From Candidatus Latescibacterota bacterium (GTDB lineage Bacteria > Latescibacterota > UBA2968 > UBA8231), in the NCBI GenBank assembly GCA_965200315.1, contig OZ241362.1, positions 224,001-288,000 on the forward strand: a stretch of DNA of 64,000 nucleotides, in the 5' to 3' direction. Shown here piece by piece: positions 45,601 to 55,006 of this stretch. Both the position numbers and the translations under genes were made by a program. Numbering within the stretch: position 1 is the first letter of the stretch; every line of letters starts with the position of its first letter. The notes beneath the pieces were generated by a model. That model had not been told where the DNA came from. It saw only the letters and a program-made list of their open reading frames with translations, and ran no database searches.

Positions 45601-47949
45601 ATGATCGAGAGACTCGGGATTTGCTGCATGCTCACGGCCTTGTTCATCTGCGGTGCGAGCCGTGCCGAGGAAATCCGCTTCGATACCCCGGCCGAGTGGG
45701 CGACTTGGGAAGTCCCGGAGGACATCGTCCAGTTTGCAGACGACGGCTCGCTGGAACTGAGGAAATTCCGCAAGCAGATCAACGCCACTCTTGATGCTCA
45801 TCTCTTCACCCAGCCTACCCAGACTCGCGGTAAGGTCCAGGGGGGGATCTGGCAGGTCGGCTCCAATCCGACCGCAGCCCGGCGCATCATGGACGGGAAC
45901 GAGGAGACAGTGTGGCGGCCTAGCCAAGCCGACGACTTGGTCGATTGGGTGGTGACCATTGACTTGGGGCGGCCCGTGCTAGCCGAGCGCATTCGCTTGG
46001 TGTTTCCCGACCGCGCAGGGGCGCGTCCTTGGCGACAATTCAGCGTTTTCACGGCCAATGGTGCGCGCATTCAGGCCACGGACGACATTTTCAAGTTCGA
46101 CCAAACCTTTCAGACGACCCAGCCCAACCAAGAGCAGGTCGTCGATATCGAATTGGTCGGTGAGCGCGACGTAACGCGAGTCATCGACGAAAGCCTTGGG
46201 CTGGAACCAGCCGCGCTGAACACCTTCCGCATGGTGCGCTTTGTGCGCGTGCGCGCCGACGAAAAGAGCACTGACGCGGCCTTGGCAGAAGTAGAGGTGA
46301 TCGCCGCCGGCGACAACATAAGTCTCGGGGTTTTGGCGCGCGGGGGCAGCTTTGACAACGGACTTTTGGCGCGTGAGCCGCAGAACATGTTCGACGGCAT
46401 CACCGACACGTACGGCAATATATTCACCGTCAAGACCAAGGGCGGCTGGCGCGAGAGCGGGGTGTGGTGGTCGGTTGATTTAGGGGCGCTGTTCTGGCTC
46501 GACGAGGCATTCATCTACTGGCAGCATCGCGGCGAGGGCCTGTCGAGCTTCCTATTCGAGGGATTGCAGGCTGGTTCCGGCTACCAAATCCTCTTTTCCG
46601 ATGGGCGGCGCACCATTGCCGGAGACATCGACTACACGCCACTGATCTTTGAGCCAAGGCCAGTCGGCGCAGAGTGGAACTTGCGCCACCATCGCTACGC
46701 ATTTGCCCCGCGCAAGATCCGCTACTTGTTCTGGCATTCGCTGACCGATACCGGCTGGTTTTCGCATCCCATGGAGCTGATGCTGTTTTCGCCGGGTTAT
46801 CCCGCGCAAGTGGTGTTGCGCTCGGGCTTTATCGATCTCGGCCAACTCGCTGGCGATGGTCGCGCCAAGGCCATCAAACGCTTGCGCTGGGAGGCGACAA
46901 CGCCGGCTCAGACGCGATTACAGGTGCGCTCGCGGTCGGGCAACACCCTGCAAGAGTTCTACACGTTCTACGACAAAAAGGGCGAGGAAGTTACCGAGAC
47001 GCGCTACGGGAGCCTGCCCAAAGTCATCCGCGGCCCTATTGACACCACGGTCGTCGTGGGGGCCGATTGGGGTGCGTGGAGCAACTTCTACCAGTTTTCC
47101 GGCGATGCGTTTAAGTCGGAGACGCCGCGCCGCTTTATTCAATTGGAACTGATTCTCTCCACCGAGGAGCCGGCTGTCGCGCCAGTGCTGCACGCGCTGG
47201 CGCTAGATTTTGAGGATGCGCTAGTCGCACAGGTAGCTGGGCAGATTACACCGCGCCACGCCGTACCCAACGCGGCGACACAGTTCACGTACACGTTGTG
47301 GACCAACGCGGCCGAAGGCGACACGGGCTTTGACCGGCTGCGCTTGTCCACGCCGAGTGCGGTGGATGCTGCGGCCGTGCGGCTGTGGATTGGTGGTGCG
47401 GCGCACGAGCCGAGAGGGGTGCGGGTGGAAGGGGATTCGCTGCTGTTGGTAGATTTACCGCAGGTGGTGCGGACGGATTCGATCGCCGTGGAGTTTACCG
47501 CGAAGGTGTTGCGCAATGCCACGGTCTTTGCCGCGGACTTGGGGCAAGCAGCGCGTCCCGATCTGTGGCAGTCGGTCGAGGCGGCTGCGCGACAAGCGAA
47601 CTTGGTCTTTTTGCCGGATCTGCCCGGCAGCGCGCGGCTGATCGGCGATTTGCAGATTGTGCCGTCGGTGTTTTCGCCCAACGGCGACGGGATCAACGAC
47701 CGCGTGCAGATTCGCTTTGCGCTGTTCAAGGCGGTGGATGCGTCTCCGCGCGTGGGCATCTTCGACTTGGCGGGTCGGGAAGTGGCGACTCTTGCATCGT
47801 CTGGTGGGGATGTGTTGCAGTCGTTTAGCTGGGATGGGTTGGATGCGTCGGGTGCGCGGGTGGGGCCTGGGGTGTACGTGTGCCGCATTGACGCGGGAGC
47901 CGATGCCGGGCAAGGGAAAGTAATACGCACCCTAGCCGTAGCCTATTGA
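45601..47949 (+). CDS. Secreted protein with two discoidin-like regions and FlgD-Ig-like CTD (paralog 4, close to paralog 3)
   Basis: KFRKxINAxLDAHLF, GDNISLG and HPMEL shared with 42413; FSPNGDGIND; ends AVAY. Confidence 0.82.
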   Translation: MIERLGICCMLTALFICGASRAEEIRFDTPAEWATWEVPEDIVQFADDGSLELRKFRKQINATLDAHLFTQPTQTRGKVQGGIWQVGSNPTAARRIMDGNEETVWRPSQADDLVDWVVTIDLGRPVLAERIRLVFPDRAGARPWRQFSVFTANGARIQATDDIFKFDQTFQTTQPNQEQVVDIELVGERDVTRVIDESLGLEPAALNTFRMVRFVRVRADEKSTDAALAEVEVIAAGDNISLGVLARGGSFDNGLLAREPQNMFDGITDTYGNIFTVKTKGGWRESGVWWSVDLGALFWLDEAFIYWQHRGEGLSSFLFEGLQAGSGYQILFSDGRRTIAGDIDYTPLIFEPRPVGAEWNLRHHRYAFAPRKIRYLFWHSLTDTGWFSHPMELMLFSPGYPAQVVLRSGFIDLGQLAGDGRAKAIKRLRWEATTPAQTRLQVRSRSGNTLQEFYTFYDKKGEEVTETRYGSLPKVIRGPIDTTVVVGADWGAWSNFYQFSGDAFKSETPRRFIQLELILSTEEPAVAPVLHALALDFEDALVAQVAGQITPRHAVPNAATQFTYTLWTNAAEGDTGFDRLRLSTPSAVDAAAVRLWIGGAAHEPRGVRVEGDSLLLVDLPQVVRTDSIAVEFTAKVLRNATVFAADLGQAARPDLWQSVEAAARQANLVFLPDLPGSARLIGDLQIVPSVFSPNGDGINDRVQIRFALFKAVDASPRVGIFDLAGREVATLASSGGDVLQSFSWDGLDASGARVGPGVYVCRIDAGADAGQGKVIRTLAVAY

Positions 47950-47957
47950 GGAATGCC

Positions 47958-49832
47958 ATGACTGTAGCTCCAGCCGTATACCGCGATCAAAAGTGGATCA
48001 TCTCGCCCTTTGGCGACCTGTTCTTTTTTATTGGTACGCCACTTTTGTGCTTGGTGACCATGCTGCCATTGCGGGCCGTGTTTGACTCGCAGACCATCGC
48101 CTTCTACGCGCTGGCCCTGTTTGCCACCGGCCACCATTTGCCGGGCTTTATGCGCGCATACGGCGACCCGGAGCTATTCAGTACCTTCAAGGAGAGGTTT
48201 ATCGTCGCGCCCATCGTCGTGCTCTTTGTGACGGCGCTGGCGCAATTCAATACCCTGCACGGGCTTTTCCTGGTGGTGCTAGTATGGGAGATCTGGCACC
48301 TGTTTATGCAGCACTACGGCATTATGCGAATCTACGATGCCAAAAACAAAATTTTCTCCAAGCTCGACGCCCGGCTCGACTGGCTATTGACCTTATGTGC
48401 CTTTGCAACGGTGGTCATCTATAGCCCCGAATACTTCCACCGCATCCTTGACCACAACCAGCGGGTTGGCGTGCCCTTCCTGTCGGCCGAATGGACGTTC
48501 CTGCTCAAAAAGGTGCTGTTCTATGTTGCGATGGCCGTGCTCGCGGCGTACTTGGCCAATATCGCCCGGCGGGCAATTACCGGTCAGAAGATAAGCCTAC
48601 CCAAAATCGCGGTGATGGCGACCACGGTGTTTATCATCTACTATGGCTGGATACATATCAACGACCTCGTCATCGGCTACGCGGCCTTTGCCGTTTTCCA
48701 CGATATCCAGTACTTCGCCATCGTCTGGATCTACAACAACAACCTCGTCAAAAGGCAGGAGCGCACCACCAAGCTCCTGCGCACGTTCTTCACCACGCGC
48801 ACCTTGCCCATTTTAGTCGCGTATGTGCTCGTCTGCTTTGCCTACGGCAGCATCAACATGATGGAGGGCTTCCTCAAGTCCGAGCAGGCGATCAAAATGG
48901 TCGAGATTTTCGTCATCACCTCGACGCTTTTGCACTACTACTTCGACGGGTTCATCTGGAAGATCCGCGACCGCAAAAACCAAGCCAATCTGGGGATCAA
49001 CGCTGAGGACGGGTCGGACCGCATTGGGTTGCGGGCGTTGACTGGCGGCTTGGCCTCGTACTTCCGCGAGACCGGCCGACAGTTGGCCTATTTCGCGGTG
49101 CCGATGGTGACGCTGTCGCTTTTCCAGTTTTACTGGACGGCCGACGAGGCCGAGGCGCGGGAGAAGATGGTCGAATTGTTCCCGGACTTGGCCGGTGCCC
49201 ACAACAACCTCGGCGTCTTTTATGCGCGGCAGGGCGATTGGGAAAGGGCCGCCGGAGAGTATCGGCGGGCGCTAGCGCTGGATGCGGGGGCCTATGAGGC
49301 GCACAAGAACCTCGGCCTGCTCTACGCGCGGCAGGGGGCGCTCGACAAGGCGCATCAGCACTACCAGCAGGCGATTGACCACAAGCCGCGCTACGTCGAG
49401 GCGCTCAACGCGCAGGGCTTGGTCTTTTTGCAGCGGGGCGAGTTTGCCAAGGCCGAGGAACGCTTCCGCGAGGCCCTTGACGAGTTCGACTATGCTCCGG
49501 CGTACAACAACCTCGGCACGGCCTATTTGCAGATGGAAAACGTGCCGGAGGCGATCTCTGCCTACCAAAAGGCCGTCGCGCTCAACCGGGCCGATGCTTC
49601 GCACCACTTCAACTTGGGGCTGGCCTTGCAGAAGGCCGGAGAGAACGAGCGGGCGGTCGCCGCGTTTGCCGCGGCGCTCTCTTTAGAGCCACGCCACGTC
49701 AAAGCCTATTTGAGCATGGCGCTTTCCTACCAGCGGCTGGGCCATATTGCCGCGGCGCGGCAGGCCTTGCAGCAACTCTTGGCGGTGGAGCCGAACCACG
49801 CCACGGCAGCGCGGCTGTTGGCCCAGTTGTGA
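47958..49832 (+). CDS. Multi-TM His-motif membrane protein fused to C-terminal TPRs
   Basis: About 9 TM; GHH, WHLFMQHYG, FHDIQY and LHYYFDGFIW motifs; then AHNNLG/AHKNLG/AYNNLG TPRs. Confidence 0.82.
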   Translation: MTVAPAVYRDQKWIISPFGDLFFFIGTPLLCLVTMLPLRAVFDSQTIAFYALALFATGHHLPGFMRAYGDPELFSTFKERFIVAPIVVLFVTALAQFNTLHGLFLVVLVWEIWHLFMQHYGIMRIYDAKNKIFSKLDARLDWLLTLCAFATVVIYSPEYFHRILDHNQRVGVPFLSAEWTFLLKKVLFYVAMAVLAAYLANIARRAITGQKISLPKIAVMATTVFIIYYGWIHINDLVIGYAAFAVFHDIQYFAIVWIYNNNLVKRQERTTKLLRTFFTTRTLPILVAYVLVCFAYGSINMMEGFLKSEQAIKMVEIFVITSTLLHYYFDGFIWKIRDRKNQANLGINAEDGSDRIGLRALTGGLASYFRETGRQLAYFAVPMVTLSLFQFYWTADEAEAREKMVELFPDLAGAHNNLGVFYARQGDWERAAGEYRRALALDAGAYEAHKNLGLLYARQGALDKAHQHYQQAIDHKPRYVEALNAQGLVFLQRGEFAKAEERFREALDEFDYAPAYNNLGTAYLQMENVPEAISAYQKAVALNRADASHHFNLGLALQKAGENERAVAAFAAALSLEPRHVKAYLSMALSYQRLGHIAAARQALQQLLAVEPNHATAARLLAQL

Positions 49833-49833
49833 G

Positions 49834-52008
49834 CTAGTGGCTATGCGCTGGCTGGCCCTCGTTGGCTAGCGCGAGGGGATTGATGTTCAAACGCTCCAAA
49901 GCCGTGGCGTCCTCGCGCACCCGATACACTTCATTGACCGGCACGTTGGTAAAAGTTTGCACTGTGCCCGACGGCCAGTGCAAAATCAGCGCGTCGAGTA
50001 TCTGAGCCTGCCCCAATCCGATCTCCTGCTGTAAGGTCGAAGCCCCAAAACTCGCGCCCGTGCCGGCGACGATGTGAATCGTCCGCGTCCCCATGCGAGC
50101 TTGAATCCGCGTTCCAATCCCAGCTCGATTCGACTTGGTTCCCTCCAGTTTGAGGGTGATCCAATGGTTGCCGTGCCCAGGGTTTTCGAAGAGCACGTTG
50201 GTGTACACGTCTCCCGAATAGGCACCGCCGACTACCGAGTAGATATCCTGATCGCCGTCGTTATCGATATCGCCGAAGGCGACGCCGTGCCCTTTTTGCA
50301 GGTGCCCGAAACCGCCGGAGGTGGTCACGTCTTCGAAGTGCTGTCCTGCGGCGTTGCGGAACATGCGGTTGGGCATTAGGGAACGGTAATCGGGATCGCC
50401 GGTGCCAGCGTAGAAATCGAGCCAGCCGTCGTTGTCGAGGTCGCCGAAGTTGCAGCCCATCGTATAGAGGACCTTGTCGCTGTGGGTTTGTTGGGCCATG
50501 TCGGCGAAAGTGCCGTCGCCTTGGTTGCGGTAGAGACGAGGCGGCTCTCCCTTGTGAGGTAGGTCCATGTAGTCGGCGGCGACATCGCCAGCGTCGGCCT
50601 TGTAGCCAGAGACGAATAGGTCGAGCCAGCCGTCGTTGTCGTAGTCCCAAAACCACACTGGGAAGCTGAAAGTTGGCTGACTCACGCCAGCGCGGGCGGT
50701 TATGTTGGAGAAACGCCAGCGGCCGTTGGCCGCTGGACCGTCGTTGTAGAAAAGCAGGTTGGGCTGGCCGAGGCGGGAGATGTAGAGGTCGGGCCGGCGG
50801 TCGTTGTCGATGTCGCCCCAAGCCACCCCTTTGACGAAGCCCTCGACGGCCAAGCCGACTTCGGCCGCCACATCAACGAAGGTTCCGTCACCTTGATTGC
50901 GGAACAGCTCGCAGGGATGCTGCTCTTCGGCGGAGGATTCATTGCCTACGAACAGGTCGAGCCAACCGTCGTTGTCGAAGTCGGCCCAGGCAGCCGTCTG
51001 CGTGGGGTGCAATGTGAGCAGCCCAGCCGCCGCGGTTACATCGGCGAAAGTGCCGTCGCCTTGGTTGCGCAATAGCGAATTGGGGTGGAGTCCGTCGGCA
51101 CCAAACCAGCCGCCGCGCAGAACCAGCACATCGGCGAAGCCGTCGTTGTCAAAGTCCGTCTGGACGGCGTTGAGGCCGCCAACTAGGCCGGTCAAACCAG
51201 CGGCGGCCGTGCGCTCGGCAAAGGTTCCGTCGCCTTGATTGCGGAAGTAGCGCAGGGGATCGTCGAGACCCCAAGAAGTGGCGATGATGTCGAGGAAACC
51301 GTCGTTGTCAAAGTCTTCCATAATGCCGCCTCCAGCCAAGCCGAGGACATTCAACCCCAAGTCGGGAGCGCGGTCGGGGAAGTGGCCGATATCGGCGTCA
51401 GCGGCGAATAGCTCGGGGGGAATGAGATGGGCGGCTGGCACTTGATGCGGATATTCGCCTACGGTCATATAGGCGATGTTGAGCAACCAGCGCGAAGTCA
51501 GGTCGTAGGGCGTCTTTTTTAGAATTGCTCGATAGTAAGCGATAGCCGCACGCGATCCATCTTGTGTCTTGTGAACTCCCTCGGCCGCGATGGGCAGCAG
51601 GCAGGAAGCGAGATTGTGCTCGTCAAGGCAGTTTTGCTGCTCGCCGAGCCGCAAATAGGCGAGAGCGATCATCTCTTCAAGGCTCGGTCGGGTGCGAAAG
51701 CGGTGGGCATCGGCTTGCTCGCGCACCTGCTCAAACAGGGCGGCTGCCTCGGCGGATGCGCCGGCGCGCAACAACTCTTTGGCTAGTTCGACCTGTCGGC
51801 TGAGTTGTTGCACGGGATCGTCTGGCGCGGGCTGGCGGCGCAGCCAGTCAACGCGGTGCTGGCTCAAATAGATGTTGTCCTCGGCGTTGGCCTGAGTAGC
51901 GAGGGCGGCGAGTTGCTCGGCCATGCGCTGGGTGCCGGGAGTTTGGTAGGGATCGGCAGCGCAACTGGCTAAAGCAAAAACCAAGAAGGCGATGGCGCAG
52001 GGGTTCAT
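49834..52008 (-). CDS. CRTAC1 family lipoprotein (helical N-terminus, FG-GAP, ASPIC/UnbV)
   Basis: LASC lipobox; repeated DFDNDGxLD; EIGLG..HWPSG. Confidence 0.9.
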   Translation of the reverse strand: MNPCAIAFLVFALASCAADPYQTPGTQRMAEQLAALATQANAEDNIYLSQHRVDWLRRQPAPDDPVQQLSRQVELAKELLRAGASAEAAALFEQVREQADAHRFRTRPSLEEMIALAYLRLGEQQNCLDEHNLASCLLPIAAEGVHKTQDGSRAAIAYYRAILKKTPYDLTSRWLLNIAYMTVGEYPHQVPAAHLIPPELFAADADIGHFPDRAPDLGLNVLGLAGGGIMEDFDNDGFLDIIATSWGLDDPLRYFRNQGDGTFAERTAAAGLTGLVGGLNAVQTDFDNDGFADVLVLRGGWFGADGLHPNSLLRNQGDGTFADVTAAAGLLTLHPTQTAAWADFDNDGWLDLFVGNESSAEEQHPCELFRNQGDGTFVDVAAEVGLAVEGFVKGVAWGDIDNDRRPDLYISRLGQPNLLFYNDGPAANGRWRFSNITARAGVSQPTFSFPVWFWDYDNDGWLDLFVSGYKADAGDVAADYMDLPHKGEPPRLYRNQGDGTFADMAQQTHSDKVLYTMGCNFGDLDNDGWLDFYAGTGDPDYRSLMPNRMFRNAAGQHFEDVTTSGGFGHLQKGHGVAFGDIDNDGDQDIYSVVGGAYSGDVYTNVLFENPGHGNHWITLKLEGTKSNRAGIGTRIQARMGTRTIHIVAGTGASFGASTLQQEIGLGQAQILDALILHWPSGTVQTFTNVPVNEVYRVREDATALERLNINPLALANEGQPAHSH

Positions 52009-52051
52009 AAGGGGCTAGATCAGATAGAGACGGCGATTATTCCGACGGCGA

Positions 52052-55006
52052 TTATTTTAGCAAAGTCAATTGCTTGGTGCTTATGTAGGCTCCGGCCTGT
52101 AACCTGTAGAAATAGGTGCCGCTGGCGACCCGGCGACCGGCGTCGTCGCGCCCGGTCCACTGGGTGCGGTAGCGGCCGGTGCTCAGGTGCCCGGCGAACA
52201 GGGTGCGGATTTTTTGGCCGGCTGCGTTGTACAGGGCTAGCTCGACGCCAGCCGGAGCCGCGAGTTGGAAGGCGATGGTGGTGGCCGCGTTGAAGGGGTT
52301 GGGGTAGTTCTGGTCGAGGGCAAAGGCGGCCGGTGTGGTCTCTTTGGCTGCGCCGGGGTCTAGACTGGCGATCCATGCAGCTATGAGATCAGCGCCGCGC
52401 TCGTCGATGATGGAAGAAGCCAGCGGCGGCATGCGAAAGGTGCCCAGCGTCAACATCCGCAGGTAGAGCGTGGAAAGCTGCGGTTCTCCGGGGGAGAGGA
52501 TGAGGGCCTCTGGCTGGCCTATGTCGCCGAGCGTGGGGAAGGCCCCGACCGTATTGGTTTCGGCCAAGGGCGTGTCGTAGCGCAGGTCGATGATGGTGCG
52601 GCTGACGCTCTCGGGCCGGTGGCACGGCGCACAGTTGACGGCCAAATACGAGCGGGCGCGCTGGTTGAGCGGGATGCTGGGGTTGAAGGGGTTGGGCAGG
52701 TGAGGCAAGGAAGACAGGTCGGTTGGCAATGCTTCGGTGAAAAGGCCCTGTTGGGCGAGGGTGTGCAACTGGACTGCGGCGAGCTCATCGTCGAAGCGAG
52801 TCGAGTCGTTTTGCTTCGCGCTTGTGTGAAGTTGGGCCGTGTGGACGCCGAGGACGTAGCCCGCGCCCTTGGTGTGGCAGACCTCGCAGTCTTGGCGTGC
52901 GGGAAAGTAGTACTCCTGCAAGAGAAATCCCACTGGATCTTGGGGGTCGTCAATCACGTACTCAACGGTCGTGCTATCGGCGAGCAAGGTGGCGTCGGTG
53001 CCGGCTTCGTTCCACAGATAGCTATAACCGTCCCAACCTATGGCATCCACGCGCTTGATGAGAAAGCGCGTTTCGATGATGCGTCGGCTGGCCGGATTGC
53101 CGCGCTCTAAGTCGAGGTAAAAGTTCTTGATCAGGAGGGTCTCGTCGGGAAAGCCCCAAGGCCCATGTCTGGCAAAGGCAATGCGCTCGCTAGGCGGCAG
53201 GCGAATGAATCGCGTTTTTGTGGCTCCATCCGACCAAAACGGCGCATTGATTTCGTACGGCACCACGCCGGCCGCGGGCGTTTGCGTGCCGAGGTCGCTG
53301 AAAACCTGCGCGTCGGCCAAGCGGGCGGGCGGGAACTCCTCAGCGGGCGGCAGGACGATTTCCCACAGCCCGCGCTGGCCGCTCCATTCGATTACATAGA
53401 GGCGCTGGCCGATGATTTCCGCGTCAATGGGGTTAGAAAATCCGCCGACAATGCGGGTGACACGCGCCTCGTAATTGTCGGCGACTTTCGCCAAGTCGAG
53501 ATGCAACAAGTCTTGGCTGGGGTCGTTGAATGGGCCGTTGACGCTGTCGCCGTCGGGATCGCCCCGAGTCCAACTGAGCGTGAAGCCGTCGCCTTGGAAT
53601 GGCTCGGCGAGGGCATGGTCCACGTCGAATACCAGTCCGAGCGGCGAGCGGTGCGCGGTGAAGGTGCCGAAGCGCACACTCTCTTCGCTGGCGTCCTTGA
53701 TGCGGCCGTCGGCTGGGTCGCGGTAGGCGTCGGCGTCTGGTCCGAGATTAATAACCGGGTCGGTAAAGCGGCGTGGTGGCGGTGGGTACGTGGGATCGTT
53801 GTGGTAGTAGCCTTCGCGCACTGCCGTGGAGCGGGGGGAGAGGAGGAAATCGGTGGCCGGGTCGTAGTCGGGAAATTGCTGTGGGGTGTCGTCGAGACCC
53901 ATGCGCCAAGGGAATCCGTAGTGATGGCCTTGGCGCAGCCAATTGAGTTCCTCGGGCATGTCGCGGCCCGGCCCGTTTTCCGTGGCGAAGAGATCGCCGT
54001 TGGGCGCGAAGGCGAAATCGTAGGCATTGCGCAAGCCCTCGGCAAAGAGGAATCCTTGGTCGAGGAGGCCATAGCGGCTGTTGGGTAGTACGAGGTCGCG
54101 GGCGTCGGTCGGGACGCGCAAAATTACGGCGGTGAGCGCGGTTTCGCGCAGCCCGGGGAAGTGCCCATCGCCGTCTTGTATTTCGCCGTGATCGGTGCGC
54201 GAGCCGCTGTTGATAAAGAGCGAGCTATTGTCCGGGCTGACAATTAGCGCGTTGACCTCGTGGTTGTAGATACAGTCGCATCGCTCATAGGGTGCGGTTT
54301 CCGCGAGGGTAAACCAAGTGCGCTCGCCACTGCTTGGATCGACTTCGCCCTTGGTGATGGTAGCGATGTTGTAGATGGACAGGTCAATGCGCTTGAGGAC
54401 GTAAAAGGTGCCGTCGGCGTCGATAAACAGGGCATTGGGGCGGATGAAACCGTGGTCAGCAGCCGTGTACACCGTGCCCGCAGGCAAGAGGGTGATGTCG
54501 CCGTTGGTCTTGAGGACATAGCGGTTGGCGGTCGTGGGGTCGCGGCCAAAGATCGTGGCAGCGAGGATGTCGTCGATGGGAACATTGGCGGGCAGGTTGT
54601 CCGGGTCGAGTTGTTCCCACTGCCGCTCGCCAGTGTCGGCGTCGAGCAGAATGCCGCGGGCGAGTGCAAACTGGCCACTGTCGCGGGCGCCGTGGCGATT
54701 GGATGCCAAGTAAAACGAGCCATCCGGTCCGATGGCAAAGCCCGTGAAGCCGCTGCGGATGCCGTGATCGCGGTGGGAATACGCTAAGACGCGCTTGGCC
54801 GCCGCTAGGTAGATGCGCTCAATCGCGCCGTCTTGCCGCAAGATATAGAGCGCATCGTCGCGCGGATCTTTGGCGATGCGGATAGTGCCTTGGGAGACGC
54901 CGAGGATGCGGCGGATTTCAATGTCGTCGCGGGTAGCTTGCGGAACGGCGTCCGCAATGGAGCAAAGGGCTGCGAGCGCGACGAGCGAGAAGCAACGGAC
55001 CAGCAT
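52052..55006 (-). CDS. PQQ-dependent sugar dehydrogenase-like propeller plus diheme cytochrome c plus T9SS type A-like CTD
   Basis: GLRNAYD, ENGP, EELN..G.HYGFP and HRSPLG motifs; WSDGATK, CEVCH, CAPCH and MPPL; LDQNYPNPFN...LTLLK. Confidence 0.85.
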   Translation of the reverse strand: MLVRCFSLVALAALCSIADAVPQATRDDIEIRRILGVSQGTIRIAKDPRDDALYILRQDGAIERIYLAAAKRVLAYSHRDHGIRSGFTGFAIGPDGSFYLASNRHGARDSGQFALARGILLDADTGERQWEQLDPDNLPANVPIDDILAATIFGRDPTTANRYVLKTNGDITLLPAGTVYTAADHGFIRPNALFIDADGTFYVLKRIDLSIYNIATITKGEVDPSSGERTWFTLAETAPYERCDCIYNHEVNALIVSPDNSSLFINSGSRTDHGEIQDGDGHFPGLRETALTAVILRVPTDARDLVLPNSRYGLLDQGFLFAEGLRNAYDFAFAPNGDLFATENGPGRDMPEELNWLRQGHHYGFPWRMGLDDTPQQFPDYDPATDFLLSPRSTAVREGYYHNDPTYPPPPRRFTDPVINLGPDADAYRDPADGRIKDASEESVRFGTFTAHRSPLGLVFDVDHALAEPFQGDGFTLSWTRGDPDGDSVNGPFNDPSQDLLHLDLAKVADNYEARVTRIVGGFSNPIDAEIIGQRLYVIEWSGQRGLWEIVLPPAEEFPPARLADAQVFSDLGTQTPAAGVVPYEINAPFWSDGATKTRFIRLPPSERIAFARHGPWGFPDETLLIKNFYLDLERGNPASRRIIETRFLIKRVDAIGWDGYSYLWNEAGTDATLLADSTTVEYVIDDPQDPVGFLLQEYYFPARQDCEVCHTKGAGYVLGVHTAQLHTSAKQNDSTRFDDELAAVQLHTLAQQGLFTEALPTDLSSLPHLPNPFNPSIPLNQRARSYLAVNCAPCHRPESVSRTIIDLRYDTPLAETNTVGAFPTLGDIGQPEALILSPGEPQLSTLYLRMLTLGTFRMPPLASSIIDERGADLIAAWIASLDPGAAKETTPAAFALDQNYPNPFNAATTIAFQLAAPAGVELALYNAAGQKIRTLFAGHLSTGRYRTQWTGRDDAGRRVASGTYFYRLQAGAYISTKQLTLLK

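Noticed and set aside
52029-52056. 13-bp direct repeat GACGGCGATTATT x2 at a stop codon
   Set aside because: Only two copies 15 bp apart; a local micro-duplication, not CRISPR and not a TSD flanking an element.
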